This document shows positions 26,659 through 37,941 of a stretch of 64,000 nt of DNA, piece after piece. The DNA comes from Candidatus Altiarchaeota archaeon (GTDB lineage Archaea > Altiarchaeota > Altiarchaeia > IMC4 > QMZM01), in the NCBI GenBank assembly GCA_038891095.1, contig JAWAEV010000001.1, positions 292,468 to 356,467 on the forward strand. The letters are read 5' to 3'. The translations under genes and the position numbers were made by a program. Each line of letters starts with the position of its first letter. Position 1 is the stretch's first letter. The notes beneath the pieces were generated by a model. The model did not search any database and was not told the DNA's origin. It was given only the letters and a program-made list of their open reading frames with translations.

Positions 26659-27981
26659 ATGAAAAAGAAGGTTTTAATTTTAGGAGCTGCTGGAATGGAT
26701 TACCATGTGTTTAATACTGTTTTTCGTGATAATCCTAACTATGAAGTTGTTGGATTTACAATGGCTGCAGAGCAAAATCTTGGAACTGTTGGAGAGCTGA
26801 GAAATTATCCAAAAGAGTTAGCTGGTAAATTATATCCTAATGGAATACCCACTTATAGAGAGGAGGATATGGAGAAAGTTATAAAAGAAAAAAATGTAGA
26901 TATGGTTGTGCTTGCTTATTCTGATATTTCTCATAACTATGTTATGCATTTAGCTTCAAGGGCATTAGCAAGTGGTTCTGACTTTAAGTTAATTGGCACA
27001 AAACATGCAATGCTAAAATCAAAAAAGCCCATTGTCGCAGTTTGTGCTGTTCGTACAGGTTGTGGTAAAAGCCAATTTTCACAAAAAATTACTGAAATTT
27101 TAAAGAAAGAATTTGGTAAGAAGGTTGTTGCCATTAGAGAGCCAATGCCGTATGGAAATTTAATTGAACAGAAATGTATGAGATTTTCATCTTATGAAGA
27201 TTTAGATAAGTATAAATGCACAATTGAAGAGAGAGAAGAATATGAGGCATATATTGAAAAAGGCTTAACAATTTATAGTGGAGTTGACTATGGAGAAATT
27301 TTGAAAGAAGCTGAAAAAGAAGCTGAAATTATTGTTTGGGATGGTGGTAATAATGAAATTTCATTTTATGTTCCAAATTTACAGATTGTAATTGCTGATC
27401 CACATCGCGCAGGACATGAGTTGCTTTATCACCCTGGTGAAGTAAATGCAAGAATTGCAAATGTTGTTATTATAAACAAAGTTAATACTGCTAAAAAAGA
27501 GAATGTTAAAATTGTTAAGGAGAATATAAGAAAGATTAATCCAAGAGCTGAAATTATTGAGGCTTCTTCTGTTGTGAAAGTAGAACAACCTGAGAAGGTA
27601 AAAGGTAAAAAAGTTCTGGTTATTGAGGATGGGCCAACTTTAACTCATGGAGATATGCCCTATGGAGCAGCAACAGTTGCAGCAAGAGAACTTAACTGCG
27701 AGATAGTTGATCCAAGAGAAAATGCAGTTGGCTCAATAAAAGAAACTTATAAAAATTTCCCACATCTTGATAAGATATTACCAGCAATGGGGTATAGCAA
27801 AGAGCAAATGAAAGAGCTTGAAGATACCATAAATAAAACTGAATGTGATTTTGTTCTTGTTGGAACTCCAATAAATTTATCAAAATTACTTAAGATTAAT
27901 AAACCTGCTGTAAGAGTTAGGTATGGCCCAGATGAAAAAACAGTAGATAGATTGAGAGAAATTCTTAAAAGAGTCATATAG
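26659..27981 (+). CDS. COG2403 P-loop ligase (arginine synthetase ArcE-like / cyclic 2,3-DPG synthetase family)
   Basis: ILGAAG.D.H.FN, AVRTGCGKS, PMPYG, TIEEREEYE, WDGGNN, EDGPTLTHG, PAMGY. Confidence 0.8.
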   Translation: MKKKVLILGAAGMDYHVFNTVFRDNPNYEVVGFTMAAEQNLGTVGELRNYPKELAGKLYPNGIPTYREEDMEKVIKEKNVDMVVLAYSDISHNYVMHLASRALASGSDFKLIGTKHAMLKSKKPIVAVCAVRTGCGKSQFSQKITEILKKEFGKKVVAIREPMPYGNLIEQKCMRFSSYEDLDKYKCTIEEREEYEAYIEKGLTIYSGVDYGEILKEAEKEAEIIVWDGGNNEISFYVPNLQIVIADPHRAGHELLYHPGEVNARIANVVIINKVNTAKKENVKIVKENIRKINPRAEIIEASSVVKVEQPEKVKGKKVLVIEDGPTLTHGDMPYGAATVAARELNCEIVDPRENAVGSIKETYKNFPHLDKILPAMGYSKEQMKELEDTINKTECDFVLVGTPINLSKLLKINKPAVRVRYGPDEKTVDRLREILKRVI

Positions 27982-28079
27982 CTGTAATTTATATACATCC
28001 AAACCCATTAATATTATACACTGAAGTTAATGCTGAAAATATAACTAAAAATTCTTTATTTTAAATGAGGTGACTCCTT

Positions 28080-28625
28080 ATGCTCAAGAAAAAAAGCAAG
28101 AAAGAGGATCTAATGCACTTATCAAAAGTTGATGAAAAATCTAAAGAGAAAACTGATGAAAAAAATTTGGAGGAAAAGTTAAAGGAGTGTGAAGATCAGC
28201 TACTTAGACTAAGGGCAGAATTTGAAAATTATAAAAAACAGCTTGATACACAATACATGGAAAATGTAAAAAATGCAAATGCTTCCCTAATAAAAGAAAT
28301 TTTGCCAGTTATTGATGAATTTGAAATTGCAATTGAAAATATAAGGAAAAAGGATGAAAAAACCGCAGAGGGTATTGAATTGATCTACAAAAAAATGATG
28401 AAAATTCTCGAGCAAAATGGTTTAAAAGCAATTGACTCTGTTGGAAAAAAATTTGATCCTTACTACCATGAGGTATTAATGAATGAAAATTCAGAAAAGG
28501 AAGATGGCATAATTCTTGAGGAATTCCAGAAAGGTTATCTATTTAATGGAAAAGTTATAAGACATTCTAAGGTTAAAATTTCTTGTCATATAGAGGATCA
28601 AAAAGGAGGTAATAAAAATGGCTGA
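28080..28625 (+). CDS. grpE: nucleotide exchange factor GrpE
   Basis: [31 protein letters not shown]....VIR; GAGGTGA SD. Confidence 0.95.
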   Translation: MLKKKSKKEDLMHLSKVDEKSKEKTDEKNLEEKLKECEDQLLRLRAEFENYKKQLDTQYMENVKNANASLIKEILPVIDEFEIAIENIRKKDEKTAEGIELIYKKMMKILEQNGLKAIDSVGKKFDPYYHEVLMNENSEKEDGIILEEFQKGYLFNGKVIRHSKVKISCHIEDQKGGNKNG

Positions 28626-30483
28626 AAAAATTAAAAAAGAAAAGATTATTGGTATCGATTTAGGGACATCGAACTCTCAAGCAGCAGTTATTTTAGGTGG
28701 AAAACCAACGATAATACCATCAGCTGAAGGAGCAACTTATGCTGGGAAAATGTTTCCTTCTGTTGTTGCATTTACAAAAGATGGTCAAATTTTAGTTGGT
28801 GAACCAGCGAGAAGACAAGCAGTTAGTAATCCTGAAGGCACTGTAACTGAAGCAAAAAGAAAGATGGGTCAGGATTACAAATACAAAATTTTTGGTAAAG
28901 AGTATACACCACAACAAATTTCTGCATTTATTCTACAAAAGATAAAAACTGATGCTGAGACATTTCTTGGAGAAAAAATTAGAAAAGCAGTAATAACAGT
29001 TCCTGCATATTTCAATGACAACCAAAGGCAAGCAACAAAAGATGCTGGAGCAATAGCTGGCTTGGAGGTTGTTCGTATCATCAACGAGCCTACTGCTGCA
29101 TCTCTTGCATATGGAATTGATAAAGCTGAAGAAGAACATAAAATTCTTGTTTTTGATTTAGGTGGTGGTACACTTGATGTAACAATTCTTGAGTTTGGGA
29201 ATGGTGTTTTTGAAGTGAAAGCAACTTCTGGGGATACACAATTAGGTGGCACAGATATGGATAGAGTACTCATGAAATGGCTAACAAGTGAATTTGAAAA
29301 AGAAACAGGAATTGATCTGAGTAAGGATAAAGTTGCAATTCAGCGTGTTAAAGAAGCTGTTGAAAAAGCAAAAATAGAGTTATCAACTGTTATGGAAACT
29401 GAGATAAATTTACCATATATAACTGCTGATGCTTCTGGGCCAAAACACTTAATTAAGAAACTAACAAGAGCAAAATTAGAGGAGCTGGTAATGCCAATTA
29501 TCGAACGCTGCAAAAAACCAATGGAACAAGCATTGAAAGATGCAAAATTAAGTAAGGAGGAAATAACTAAGGTAATTCTTGTAGGAGGTCCAACAAGAAT
29601 GCCAATAGTTCAAAAATTTGTTGAGGATTTTATTGGCAAGAAAGTTGAAAGAGGGGTTGATCCAATGGAATGTGTTGCTATTGGAGCTGCAATTCAGGGT
29701 GGTGTTCTTGCAGGTGAAGTTAAAGATATAGTTCTTTTAGATGTCACACCTTTAACATTAGGTGTTGAAACCCTAGGTGGAATTGCAACTCCTTTAATTC
29801 CAAGGAATACGACCATACCAACAAGAAAATCCCAAATTTTTACAACTGCTGAAGATTTTCAAACAGCAGTTACAATCCATGTCGTTCAAGGTGAAAGACC
29901 TCTAGCTAAGGATAATACATCCTTAGGACAATTTAATTTAGTTGGGATTCCACCAGCTCCAAGAGGTGTTCCACAAATAGAAGTAACATTTGATATTGAT
30001 GCGAATGGAATTTTGAATGTAACTGCAAAGGATTTAGGAACTGGAAAAGAGCAAAAGATAACTATAACAGCATCGACAAAACTTTCAAAAGATGAAATAG
30101 AAAGGATGATAAAAGAGGCAGAAAAATATGCTGAAGAGGACAGGAAGAGAAAGGAGATAATTGAAACTAAAAATAATGCAGAGTCATTAATTTATGCAAC
30201 AGAGAAGACACTATCAGAATTTTCAGATAAAATTTCTAAAGAACAAAAAGAAAGCATAAATGAGAGGATTAAAGAGCTGAAGGATGCTATCTCTAAGGAC
30301 AATATAGGTGAGATAAAGAAGAAAATGGATGAATTAAGTAAAGAGGTGCAAAGAGTTGGAGCAAGTATATATCAACAAGTACAACAAACAAAAGAATCAC
30401 AAAAACAAGAAGTAGATGATGGAAAAGAAAAAGAAAAAAATGTTGTTGATGCAGAATATGAAGTTGAAGATGAAAAAAAGTAA
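28618..30483 (+). CDS. dnaK: molecular chaperone DnaK
   Basis: [45 protein letters not shown]. Confidence 0.98.
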   Translation: MAEKIKKEKIIGIDLGTSNSQAAVILGGKPTIIPSAEGATYAGKMFPSVVAFTKDGQILVGEPARRQAVSNPEGTVTEAKRKMGQDYKYKIFGKEYTPQQISAFILQKIKTDAETFLGEKIRKAVITVPAYFNDNQRQATKDAGAIAGLEVVRIINEPTAASLAYGIDKAEEEHKILVFDLGGGTLDVTILEFGNGVFEVKATSGDTQLGGTDMDRVLMKWLTSEFEKETGIDLSKDKVAIQRVKEAVEKAKIELSTVMETEINLPYITADASGPKHLIKKLTRAKLEELVMPIIERCKKPMEQALKDAKLSKEEITKVILVGGPTRMPIVQKFVEDFIGKKVERGVDPMECVAIGAAIQGGVLAGEVKDIVLLDVTPLTLGVETLGGIATPLIPRNTTIPTRKSQIFTTAEDFQTAVTIHVVQGERPLAKDNTSLGQFNLVGIPPAPRGVPQIEVTFDIDANGILNVTAKDLGTGKEQKITITASTKLSKDEIERMIKEAEKYAEEDRKRKEIIETKNNAESLIYATEKTLSEFSDKISKEQKESINERIKELKDAISKDNIGEIKKKMDELSKEVQRVGASIYQQVQQTKESQKQEVDDGKEKEKNVVDAEYEVEDEKK

Positions 30484-30494
30484 AAATTTGAAGA

Positions 30495-31622
30495 ATGGTA
30501 AAAAGGGATTACTATGAAATTCTTGGAGTTAGGAGAAATGCAACCACTGATGAAATAAAAAAAGCTTATAGAGAACTTGCAAAGAAGTATCATCCTGATG
30601 TTAACAAAAATCCTGATGCTGAGGAAAAATTTAAAGAAATTTCTGAAGCTTATGAGGTTCTTTCTGATGAAAATAAAAGAAGGCAATATGATATTTATGG
30701 TCATTCTGTTACAGAAGATTTCTTTGGCAAGGGTGGATTTTCATGGGAAAATTTCACACATTTTTCTGATATTGAAGATATCTTTGGTGAGGATATTTTT
30801 GATATGTTCTTTGGAGGTTTTGGAAGTAGATTTAAGAGAGATAGCAAAAGAAAAGGTAGAGATTTAAGATATGACTTAGAGATAAGTCTTGAAGATGCCG
30901 CCTCTGGAGTAAAAACTGAGATAAATGTTCCAAGAACTGAAATTTGTAAAGCATGTAATGGCACAGGTGCAAGTTCTTTAGAAAAGATAAAAACATGTCC
31001 AAAATGTAATGGAACTGGCCAAGAAAAACATGAAAGAAGAACGCCATTTGGATTTTTTTCATCAATAACTCTATGTAATAGATGTGGTGGTGAAGGTAAA
31101 ATAATTGAAGAAGCTTGTAAAATTTGTGATGGCTCAGGAAGAGTGCAAAAAACAAGAAAAATAATGGTAAAAATTCCTGCAGGTGTTGATTCTGGCTCAA
31201 GATTGAGAATTCCAAATGAAGGCGAGCCCGGTTATAAAGGCGGACCAAATGGTGATTTATACATTGTAATTCATGTAATGCCACATGAATTTTTCAAAAG
31301 GGATAATGATAACTTAATATGTGAAGTGCCTTTGACATTCTCGCAAGCAGCACTTGGGGATGAAATAGAGGTACCAACACTAAAGAAAAAAATTAAGGTT
31401 AAAATTCCATCAGGCACACAAACAGGGACAATTTTTAGGTTAAGAGGCGAAGGAATGCCAAATATTGAAACTAAAGAAAAAGGAGATTTACTTGTCAAGG
31501 TAAGGGTTGAAACACCAAGAAAACTTAGCAAAGAAGAGAGAGAAATCTTCGAAAGACTAAGAGAAATTGAGAAAAAAAGTAGAAAAGATTTTTTCAGTAA
31601 ATTTAAAGAGAAATTTTTTTAA
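30495..31622 (+). CDS. dnaJ: molecular chaperone DnaJ
   Basis: J domain with HPD, four CxxCxGxG repeats. Confidence 0.98.
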   Translation: MVKRDYYEILGVRRNATTDEIKKAYRELAKKYHPDVNKNPDAEEKFKEISEAYEVLSDENKRRQYDIYGHSVTEDFFGKGGFSWENFTHFSDIEDIFGEDIFDMFFGGFGSRFKRDSKRKGRDLRYDLEISLEDAASGVKTEINVPRTEICKACNGTGASSLEKIKTCPKCNGTGQEKHERRTPFGFFSSITLCNRCGGEGKIIEEACKICDGSGRVQKTRKIMVKIPAGVDSGSRLRIPNEGEPGYKGGPNGDLYIVIHVMPHEFFKRDNDNLICEVPLTFSQAALGDEIEVPTLKKKIKVKIPSGTQTGTIFRLRGEGMPNIETKEKGDLLVKVRVETPRKLSKEEREIFERLREIEKKSRKDFFSKFKEKFF

Positions 31623-31651
31623 CTTTTAACTTTAAAATTTAATTTTTTTAT

Positions 31652-31816
31652 ATGCTAAAACATCCAAGTATAAGGGGGGAGATAGAAAAAGACAACACTG
31701 ACAGAATTATTCTGATTACTGCAGCGATTTTGATATTTTTTGTTTTCTTAATATGGTTTTTCTTTGGCTACAAATATGTTTGGATTCCATCAGAGCAAAG
31801 CTTCAGTTCAATTTAG
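31652..31816 (+). CDS. 54-aa single-TM micro-protein
   Basis: Manual translation MLKHPSIRGEIEKDNTDRIILITAAILIFFVFLIWFFFGYKYVWIPSEQSFSSI*; fills gap after dnaJ. Confidence 0.55.
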   Translation: MLKHPSIRGEIEKDNTDRIILITAAILIFFVFLIWFFFGYKYVWIPSEQSFSSI

Positions 31817-32119
31817 TTTTTTTAGTAAATTCGAGACAAATGAAATTCCCTCATTAAGGATAGCCTCTCCTTTTTTTGTTATTACATAGTATCGACGAGG
31901 CCTTCCACTCTTGTCATTTAGCTTTGATGTTACATATCCGGAGCTTTGTAATCTGTATAGAACAACATAAGAAGAAATTTTTCCAATTTTAAAGCCAAAT
32001 TTTCTCTCTATTTCATTTGGAATTTCATATGCGTACATTGGCTTCTTTTTCAGTAAAGCCAGTATATAAAGCCACAGTGTTTCTTTTGTAATTTTCCTTC
32101 TCAATCTGTTTAACGGCAT
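31808..32119 (-). CDS. PadR family transcriptional regulator
   Basis: LWLYILALL.KKPMYAYEI, YVVLYRL, RRYYVITKKG. Confidence 0.9.
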   Translation of the reverse strand: MPLNRLRRKITKETLWLYILALLKKKPMYAYEIPNEIERKFGFKIGKISSYVVLYRLQSSGYVTSKLNDKSGRPRRYYVITKKGEAILNEGISFVSNLLKKLN

Positions 32120-32186
32120 TTTATTTATTAATTTGTTTTATGAATATATAATATTTTATATCTGTGAAATATATAATTAGAATAAA

Positions 32187-33275
32187 ATGGTAAAAGAAAT
32201 AAGAGTTGCGATTATAGGAGTTGGTAATTGTGCATCATCTCTTGTTCAAGGTGTTTGCTATTATAAAAACATTGATGGTAATTCTCCACCAGTTTCTGGT
32301 CTTATGCATAATGTTCTTGGAGGTTATAAAATTTCTGATATAAAATTTGTTGCTGCATTTGATGTCGATAAGAAAAAAGTTGGTAAAGATCTAAGTGAAG
32401 CTATCTTCTCTAAACCAAATTGCACAAAAAAATTTTCAGATGTTCCAAAGCTAAATGTCATTGTTAATAAAGGACCAGTGCTTGATGGAATTTCAGAAAC
32501 AACAAGAAAAATTTTTGAAATTGATGAAAAACAAAAGCCAGTTGATGTTGCTGATGTTCTTAAAAAAAGCAAGGCAGAAATTGCAATAAATTATCTTCCT
32601 GTTGGTTCAGAAGAAGCAACTCGCTACTATGCAAATGAATGTTTGAAAGCAAATGTTGCATTTATAAATGCTATGCCTGTTTTTATAGCATCTTCAAATG
32701 AATGGGTAAAAAAATTTCAAGATAGAAAGTTACCATTAATTGGCGATGACATTAAATCACAAGTAGGAGCAACAATTTTGCACAGAAGTTTAGTAAAATT
32801 ATTCTCTGATAGGGGTGTAAAAATTGAAAATACTTATCAACTAAATTTTGGCGGAAATACTGACTTTTTAAATATGTTAGAAAGACAAAGATTAAAATCA
32901 AAAAAAATTTCAAAAACTGAAGCAGTGCAATCTCAACTCCCAAAAAGAATTTCAGAAGAAAATATTCATATAGGCCCAAGTGATTATGTTCCTTGGTTAA
33001 AAGACAAAAAAATTGCTTTTATAAGAATTGAAGGTAAAAAATTTGGGGATATACCGATAACTCTTGAATGTAGGCTCGAGGTTGAAGATTCACCTAACTC
33101 TGCTGGGGTTATGGTAGATGCAATAAGATGTGCAAAATTAGCACTAGATAGAGGAGTGGGCGGTGTGTTAATATCTGCATCGGCATATTTCATGAAACAT
33201 CCACCACAACAATTCTCTGATTCAGTTGCAAGAGAGATGTTAGAAGAATTTATAAATGGCGAAAGAGAAAGATAA
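32187..33275 (+). CDS. ino1: myo-inositol-1-phosphate synthase
   Basis: [48 protein letters not shown]. Confidence 0.96.
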   Translation: MVKEIRVAIIGVGNCASSLVQGVCYYKNIDGNSPPVSGLMHNVLGGYKISDIKFVAAFDVDKKKVGKDLSEAIFSKPNCTKKFSDVPKLNVIVNKGPVLDGISETTRKIFEIDEKQKPVDVADVLKKSKAEIAINYLPVGSEEATRYYANECLKANVAFINAMPVFIASSNEWVKKFQDRKLPLIGDDIKSQVGATILHRSLVKLFSDRGVKIENTYQLNFGGNTDFLNMLERQRLKSKKISKTEAVQSQLPKRISEENIHIGPSDYVPWLKDKKIAFIRIEGKKFGDIPITLECRLEVEDSPNSAGVMVDAIRCAKLALDRGVGGVLISASAYFMKHPPQQFSDSVAREMLEEFINGERER

Positions 33276-33289
33276 ATAGAAAAGCAAAA

Positions 33290-33877
33290 ATGCTGAAATC
33301 AAAAACAGATATTGAAAAATTGACTGTAAAATTAGGTATAGTATTTTCTCAATTTAGATTATCACCAAATACATGGACTCTCTTGTCTTTAATTTTTGCT
33401 TTTTTTGGATTTCTTAGCTTAACTGTTTGTCATGATATTATAAAAGGATTAACTTTCTTTGCACTTTCTGGATTTTTAGATATGGTAGATGGCGCAGTTG
33501 CAAGAGTTACTGGAAGAGCAACAAATTTTGGAGCTTTTTTAGATGGTATAACGGATAGATATGTAGAATTTTTTCTTTATTTTGGACTTTTGATTTTTGG
33601 GGTTAATGGCTTATATATAGCACTTTTGATTTTCGGTGCAATAATGCCAAGTTTTGTGACAGCATACTCATGTTATAGAAATGTCATAACAGAAAAAGAT
33701 GAGCACAAAAAAATGGCTGGTTTAATCGAAAGAGCAGAAAGGCTTATGTTGATTTATTTTTCTATGCTGCTTGGAATTTTCGATTTAATTTTTTTAGATT
33801 ATGGAACTTTAATTACTGCTATACTAAGCAATATTACTGCACTTCAAAGAATTTTATTTGTTTTTAGGCATAGGTAG
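33290..33877 (+). CDS. CDP-alcohol phosphatidyltransferase (probable archaetidylinositol phosphate synthase)
   Basis: PN..T, DxxDGxxAR...GxxxDxxxD motif; adjacent to ino1. Confidence 0.9.
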   Translation: MLKSKTDIEKLTVKLGIVFSQFRLSPNTWTLLSLIFAFFGFLSLTVCHDIIKGLTFFALSGFLDMVDGAVARVTGRATNFGAFLDGITDRYVEFFLYFGLLIFGVNGLYIALLIFGAIMPSFVTAYSCYRNVITEKDEHKKMAGLIERAERLMLIYFSMLLGIFDLIFLDYGTLITAILSNITALQRILFVFRHR

Positions 33878-33913
33878 AGATATATTTAAAGAAAATTACA
33901 ATAGTTCTATGAT

Positions 33914-34285
33914 ATGATAACTCCTGAAAGACTTACTAAGGAAAGATTAGTAAGAGAACTAATAAAGAAACACAAAAATTTTTTAGAAGAATATAGGAAA
34001 AGATTTGAGTTTTTGGAGAGGATGAGAATTTTGAAAGATAAGCAAGAACAGATAGAGCATTGGCTGAGCAAAAGTAAAAATTCTGAAGAAGAGGAAAAAT
34101 ATATAAAAGAACTTCAGGATGTTGATAAGGAATTAGAAATTTTAAGAAAAGAATTAAATTTAGAAGATAAAACAAATGAAAAAATAAGTGAGCACTCGAT
34201 ACTAAAAAACAAGATTGTTAATGAAGAGAATGCAATTGCTTACTGGGAAGAAAAATTAAAAAGTTTTAGCAAAGAGAATGGATGA
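33914..34285 (+). CDS. coiled-coil hypothetical protein
   Basis: 123 aa, E/K-rich heptads; overlaps next gene. Confidence 0.7.
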   Translation: MITPERLTKERLVRELIKKHKNFLEEYRKRFEFLERMRILKDKQEQIEHWLSKSKNSEEEEKYIKELQDVDKELEILRKELNLEDKTNEKISEHSILKNKIVNEENAIAYWEEKLKSFSKENG

Positions 34286-35186
34286 AGCTAAATTAAAAAA
34301 AGATATAAAAGCTCTAAGAGATGAGATAGCAAAGGAAAACAAACAGATAAAAAATATTTACTATGAGATGCGAGTTTATAATAAGAAGGCTAATGAATTC
34401 AGAGAAGCAAGGGATAACGCAAATAAAAAAAGTAAAGAATTAAGAGAAAAAGTAAAGAGTATAATTGACGAGCGAAAGGAAATAGAAAAAAAAATTAAAG
34501 AGTTAAAAGAGAGTAAAAATAAGCTGATAGAGAAAGTGAAATTCTTAAGCAAGGAGCTAAGCGATAAAAAAGATGTGCGAAATTCTCTAAATAAATTCGC
34601 TAAAGGAAATTTTATACTGCTTATGGATGCGTATGTTGAGAGATATGAAAAAATTCTGAAAAAAAATATGCCGCTTGAAGATGAGATAAAACTCTTTGAA
34701 AAAATTTTTGATATTAGGGAGAGACTCATAAAGGCAAAAGAGGCTGATTCTTTACATAAGGAGATTCTTGAAGAATACAAAAAGGCAAAGTCTATTGATG
34801 AGGAAATTTCTGTTATAAATGAAAAGATTAGAGACTATGTAAATGAGTCAAAGAAGAAACATGAAGAAGCAAAAAATATATTTTCAGAAATTGATAAATT
34901 GCGAGAGATTGGCGATGAAAATCACAAAAAGTTAATTGCAGTATATGAAGAAATGAAACCATTTAAAGAGAAAATAAGAAGTATAAAAGAGAGAATAAGG
35001 AAAATTCAATCTGAGTTAGAACCATTAAATGAGCAATTAAGAGAACTTCATAAGAGCAAACAAGAAGCTGAAAAAGAAGAAACTCTTATGGAAGCAAAAA
35101 AGAAAATAAAGGAAAGTAGGAGATTAGATATAAGAGAATTTAGACTTCTTCTTGAAAGAGGGGAAATAAATCTTGGAGAATCATGA
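34278..35186 (+). CDS. archaeal coiled-coil protein (COG1340-like)
   Basis: Long heptads with RD..N, AD..H repeats, C-terminal LDIREFRLL. Confidence 0.72.
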   Translation: MDEAKLKKDIKALRDEIAKENKQIKNIYYEMRVYNKKANEFREARDNANKKSKELREKVKSIIDERKEIEKKIKELKESKNKLIEKVKFLSKELSDKKDVRNSLNKFAKGNFILLMDAYVERYEKILKKNMPLEDEIKLFEKIFDIRERLIKAKEADSLHKEILEEYKKAKSIDEEISVINEKIRDYVNESKKKHEEAKNIFSEIDKLREIGDENHKKLIAVYEEMKPFKEKIRSIKERIRKIQSELEPLNEQLRELHKSKQEAEKEETLMEAKKKIKESRRLDIREFRLLLERGEINLGES

Positions 35187-36317
35187 CATAAGAAATTGTA
35201 TTTCTTCCTCAGTTAAATTGAAATGCTCCATTAGTTCCTCTTTTTTAATTTTATTTTTTTCTATAAGAATTTTATAAAGTGGTAAAAATTTCTCTATTAT
35301 TGCTTTTTCAGAATCATGAATTTCTTTTGAAAGCTTTTCTGCAATGCTCTTTTTTAAATTTCTCTCACTTTTTGTTTGTGCCATATGAATTATATAAAAG
35401 GGAAATCTATATCTCGCAAAGTGTATTTTATCACCCCTTGAAACATTAACACCAGCACTCATTAGAGTATTTGCATAGCCCAAAAATCCCCAATGCTGCC
35501 TCTCTTGAATTCTTCCAATGAAGATATCTGCCTTTGAGATATAGTTATAAACTTTTGCTAAATTTTCTTTTTCAAATACAAAGGATGGCACATTTTCATC
35601 AATCCACAGTAAGATATCTCTTGGCTGCTGATCAACATCATAAACTGACCTAATGGCTTCTTTTATATCTTTTCTTATCAGAATTTTACTTAGTAGAGAG
35701 TATATATCGGTGATTTTATCTCTTTGTACTAATAAAGACAAATCTTTATCAGAAATTCTATTTTTTCCTTTCGTTATCATTTCCAAATCAATAACTGCTG
35801 CCCTTATATCGCCCTGAGAATTTTCTGCTATTTTGCTCAATAAATTTTTCTCTACATATATGCCCTCACTTTTACAAATTTTTTCAAGTAATGCAGTAAT
35901 TGAACTTGACATTGGTTTTCTCATTTGGACTTTTTCACAAATTTTTTTTATTGTTGATAATCTCTTTGATCCAATGTCAGATGTTATCACAACCGTTGGA
36001 GCATTTGTTTCTTTGAGAAAATTAGTAACTTTGCTTATATCATCTATATTCTCAACATCATCAAAAACTATAAGTCTTTTCTTCCCGAACAAATTCTGAG
36101 TTTCTGAAACATTTAGCAAATTTGGTAAATCTTCATTTTTTACAAAAAATGGTTCGAATTTTTCTGAGAGCAGTTGCACAAGGGTTGTTTTTCCACAACC
36201 ATGCGGGCCATAAAGAAGAATTGGCTTCTTCCAGTGATAACTCTGTAATTTTTTCACAACAGATGAATTTCCAATAAATTCATTAAAGTTTTTTGGTCTA
36301 TATTTCTCTATCCACAT
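35181..36317 (-). CDS. rfcL: replication factor C large subunit
   Basis: MWIEKYRPK, GPHGCGKTT, GDIRAA, LLWIDEN, ADIFIGR. Confidence 0.92.
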   Translation of the reverse strand: MWIEKYRPKNFNEFIGNSSVVKKLQSYHWKKPILLYGPHGCGKTTLVQLLSEKFEPFFVKNEDLPNLLNVSETQNLFGKKRLIVFDDVENIDDISKVTNFLKETNAPTVVITSDIGSKRLSTIKKICEKVQMRKPMSSSITALLEKICKSEGIYVEKNLLSKIAENSQGDIRAAVIDLEMITKGKNRISDKDLSLLVQRDKITDIYSLLSKILIRKDIKEAIRSVYDVDQQPRDILLWIDENVPSFVFEKENLAKVYNYISKADIFIGRIQERQHWGFLGYANTLMSAGVNVSRGDKIHFARYRFPFYIIHMAQTKSERNLKKSIAEKLSKEIHDSEKAIIEKFLPLYKILIEKNKIKKEELMEHFNLTEEEIQFLMS

Positions 36318-36410
36318 TCTTAAAAAACGAAACTATTTTATATATTAAAAACATATGTTTTAAAGGAGAATTAATCAAAATTTAGCATAAAATCTAAGAG
36401 GTGATAAGAA

Positions 36411-37319
36411 ATGTTTACGCCTGAATTTTTATTGCGAAATTTTGTATATGAGTTGAGAATTTTTACATGGAATGTATTTCAGTTATTTGTTGCTGTTGTT
36501 GTTGGCTTGATTCTTGGCTGGCTTGTCTCAAAGGTTGTTAATAGGTTATTAAAACTGGCAGAACTCCAAAGAACATTACTTAGATATGGAGCAATAACAA
36601 CCATCTTCTGGGATTCTGCTGTTGGCTTTCTATCGCATTATTTTATGTGGCTAACACTCATACTAATTATATATGCTGTATTTCCAGGAAATTTATTAAT
36701 AAAAGCACTTGCTGAATTCTTTGTGAAATTATTTGGCTTTATCATATTTACATTAGTTGGAATACTACTTAGTGGTGTTCTCTACAAGATATCAAAGCAT
36801 ACATTAATTGCAATTGGTTTGGAAGAGGAACTAGAAAAACATAAAATTGCTGATAAACTTGGGGGAGTCTCATTGATAAACATACTTGCAGGGATTCTCA
36901 AGTGGTTTGTAATTATAGTTTTTGTAAAGCAAGGGGTAGAACTTCTTGGATTGGGAGCACTTACTGATGTAACGCATCAGCTCTATAATTACATTCCACA
37001 GGCAATTTTGGGAATTTTAATTTTGTTAGCAACTCTAATTCTCGCTGATTTAGCATCTTCAAACATAAGGAAAAGAGCATATGGTTTTGCAGATGCTCTT
37101 GGTATGGCTACTGAAGTTGTGATAATTTTCTTTGGAATCATAATCGCTCTCCCAAGATTGTTAGGTGTGTCAGATCCACAAGGTCAGATATTTCTACAAT
37201 CAATATCAGTAATGACAGATTCTTTTAAACTTTTAATGTTAGGAGTTTCAGCAGGAATAGCACTTGCGATTGGTTTGGGTTTAAAGGATTATGTGGCAAA
37301 GATGAGCAAGAAGTTGTAA
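36411..37319 (+). CDS. MscS-related conserved TM-helix repeat protein (CmpX-like)
   Basis: Multiple TM helices, YIPQAILG, GIALAIGLG.KD. Confidence 0.72.
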   Translation: MFTPEFLLRNFVYELRIFTWNVFQLFVAVVVGLILGWLVSKVVNRLLKLAELQRTLLRYGAITTIFWDSAVGFLSHYFMWLTLILIIYAVFPGNLLIKALAEFFVKLFGFIIFTLVGILLSGVLYKISKHTLIAIGLEEELEKHKIADKLGGVSLINILAGILKWFVIIVFVKQGVELLGLGALTDVTHQLYNYIPQAILGILILLATLILADLASSNIRKRAYGFADALGMATEVVIIFFGIIIALPRLLGVSDPQGQIFLQSISVMTDSFKLLMLGVSAGIALAIGLGLKDYVAKMSKKL

Positions 37320-37378
37320 GGAAACAGTTCTCTACTTTTTTATTTTTTAATGAACTTAATGCGTATATTTCTTTTAGA

Positions 37379-37906
37379 TTAAATCATAAAAATTTTTTCT
37401 ATCTCCTCTAAATTTTTCACAACTTTTATGCCTTGCACTTTTGAAATTTTTTTTACATTGTAAATGTCAATATCTCTTATTTGCAATGTAATCTTTCTGC
37501 CATCTGGAGCTTTGGTTCTTTCAACTTTTCTGAAATCTGTAGGTAAGAGAATTACCTCTAAAGAATTTTTTAGTCCTTGTGAGACAATATTACTTATCAG
37601 AGAATCTGCTATTCCATAAGCAATTTTTGCTGTTGTATTTGCTGAGCAAGGCATAACAAAAATTTTATCAAATTCTCTATTTGCAATTTTTCCTATAAAA
37701 GGAAAACTATGGCCTTGATCTTTCTCAAGAATAATCCTCTCTGAAATTTTTTTTATTTTCTCATAAAAGCCATACATTCTTAAAACTTCAAAACCAGCAT
37801 TTGAGATTGCAATTGTTATCTCATTATTTTTTGAAATTTTTTCCATTAACTCAATTGTCTCTTCAAGTAAATGCCCTGAACCAGTTATACACCATAAAAT
37901 CTTCAT
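37379..37906 (-). CDS. archaeal flavoprotein (HFCD/AfpA-like)
   Basis: WCITGSGH.L, PCSANTTAKIAYGIADSL, LPTD. Confidence 0.82.
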   Translation of the reverse strand: MKILWCITGSGHLLEETIELMEKISKNNEITIAISNAGFEVLRMYGFYEKIKKISERIILEKDQGHSFPFIGKIANREFDKIFVMPCSANTTAKIAYGIADSLISNIVSQGLKNSLEVILLPTDFRKVERTKAPDGRKITLQIRDIDIYNVKKISKVQGIKVVKNLEEIEKIFMI

Positions 37907-37941
37907 TTTTATATATTAGTTGAGCATATCATATATTCAAA

